Below are positions 36,412 through 36,599 of a stretch of DNA of 36,599 nucleotides, one piece after another. Source of the DNA: Candidatus Hydrogenedentota bacterium (lineage in GTDB: Bacteria > Hydrogenedentota > Hydrogenedentia > Hydrogenedentales > CAITNO01); contig CAIJOU010000590.1 in assembly GCA_903822375.1 (NCBI GenBank), positions 1 to 36,599 of the forward strand, written 5' to 3'. Numbering within the stretch: the stretch's first letter is position 1; the number at the start of each line of letters is the position of its first letter. Both the position numbers and the translations under genes were made by a program. Under the pieces are notes generated by a model that saw nothing but the letters and a program-made list of their open reading frames with translations, searched no databases and was not told the DNA's origin.

Positions 36412-36431
36412 GACAGGCGCCCTCGCCTGTC
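36408..36431 (+). repeat. REP-like hairpin (GTAG plus 8-bp stem) at the gene end
   Basis: GTAG-GACAGGCG-ccct-CGCCTGTC; single copy in this window. Confidence 0.4.
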
Positions 36432-36434
36432 GAC

Positions 36435-36599
36435 TTATATCGGATGCACAAGGGACGACAGCCGGGTGCGGGCCTTGGCGCTGCGAAGAAGGCTCTTAAC
36501 CTTGGCCCACATCAGTTCTAGGGGTTGAAGTCGGGACTGTAGGGCGGCAGGTACCACAGGTCCATACCCGCGTTGCGCAACAACCGGGCTATGGCGGCA
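36435..36599 (-). pseudogene. IS630-family transposase C-terminal remnant, frameshifted, continues beyond the window
   Basis: LWYLPPYSPDFNP* (TAG 36520-36518), then ELMWAKVKSLLRSAKART in another frame. One base is missing from the NPIE motif. Confidence 0.85.

Overview
A GC-rich bacterial chromosome segment with no rRNA, tRNA or CRISPR array that I could recognise. The EG-repeat/EF-hand protein and the multi-PASTA protein suggest Candidatus Hydrogenedentes (inference). From left to right: a truncated exported EG-repeat protein; a TetR-TolC-HlyD-permease-permease efflux operon with no ATPase, whose TetR looks leaderless and autoregulated; a stress-type island (small ORF, region-2-only ECF sigma-like ORF, STAS-like ORF, 5xPASTA lipoprotein, CsbD-like ORF, 3xBON protein); an AraC-controlled oxidoreductase cluster; an SH3-like/M48 peptidase/TPR trio; cysK-metY-metX::metW; a large TlpA-type protein; ankyrin-rnhA-hybrid kinase-DD-carboxypeptidase-two glycoside-hydrolase-like genes; and a frameshifted IS630 remnant. 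The strongest unannotated signal is four copies of one promoter architecture (four CTTTRCC-like heptamers at an 11-bp period, a 9-bp spacer, then an extended -10), one in front of each transcription unit of the stress island. Other candidates are a leaderless Cys-containing uORF coupled to cysK and a Cys-rich linker in the MetX-MetW fusion. All calls come from reading the sequence by eye; no searches were run.
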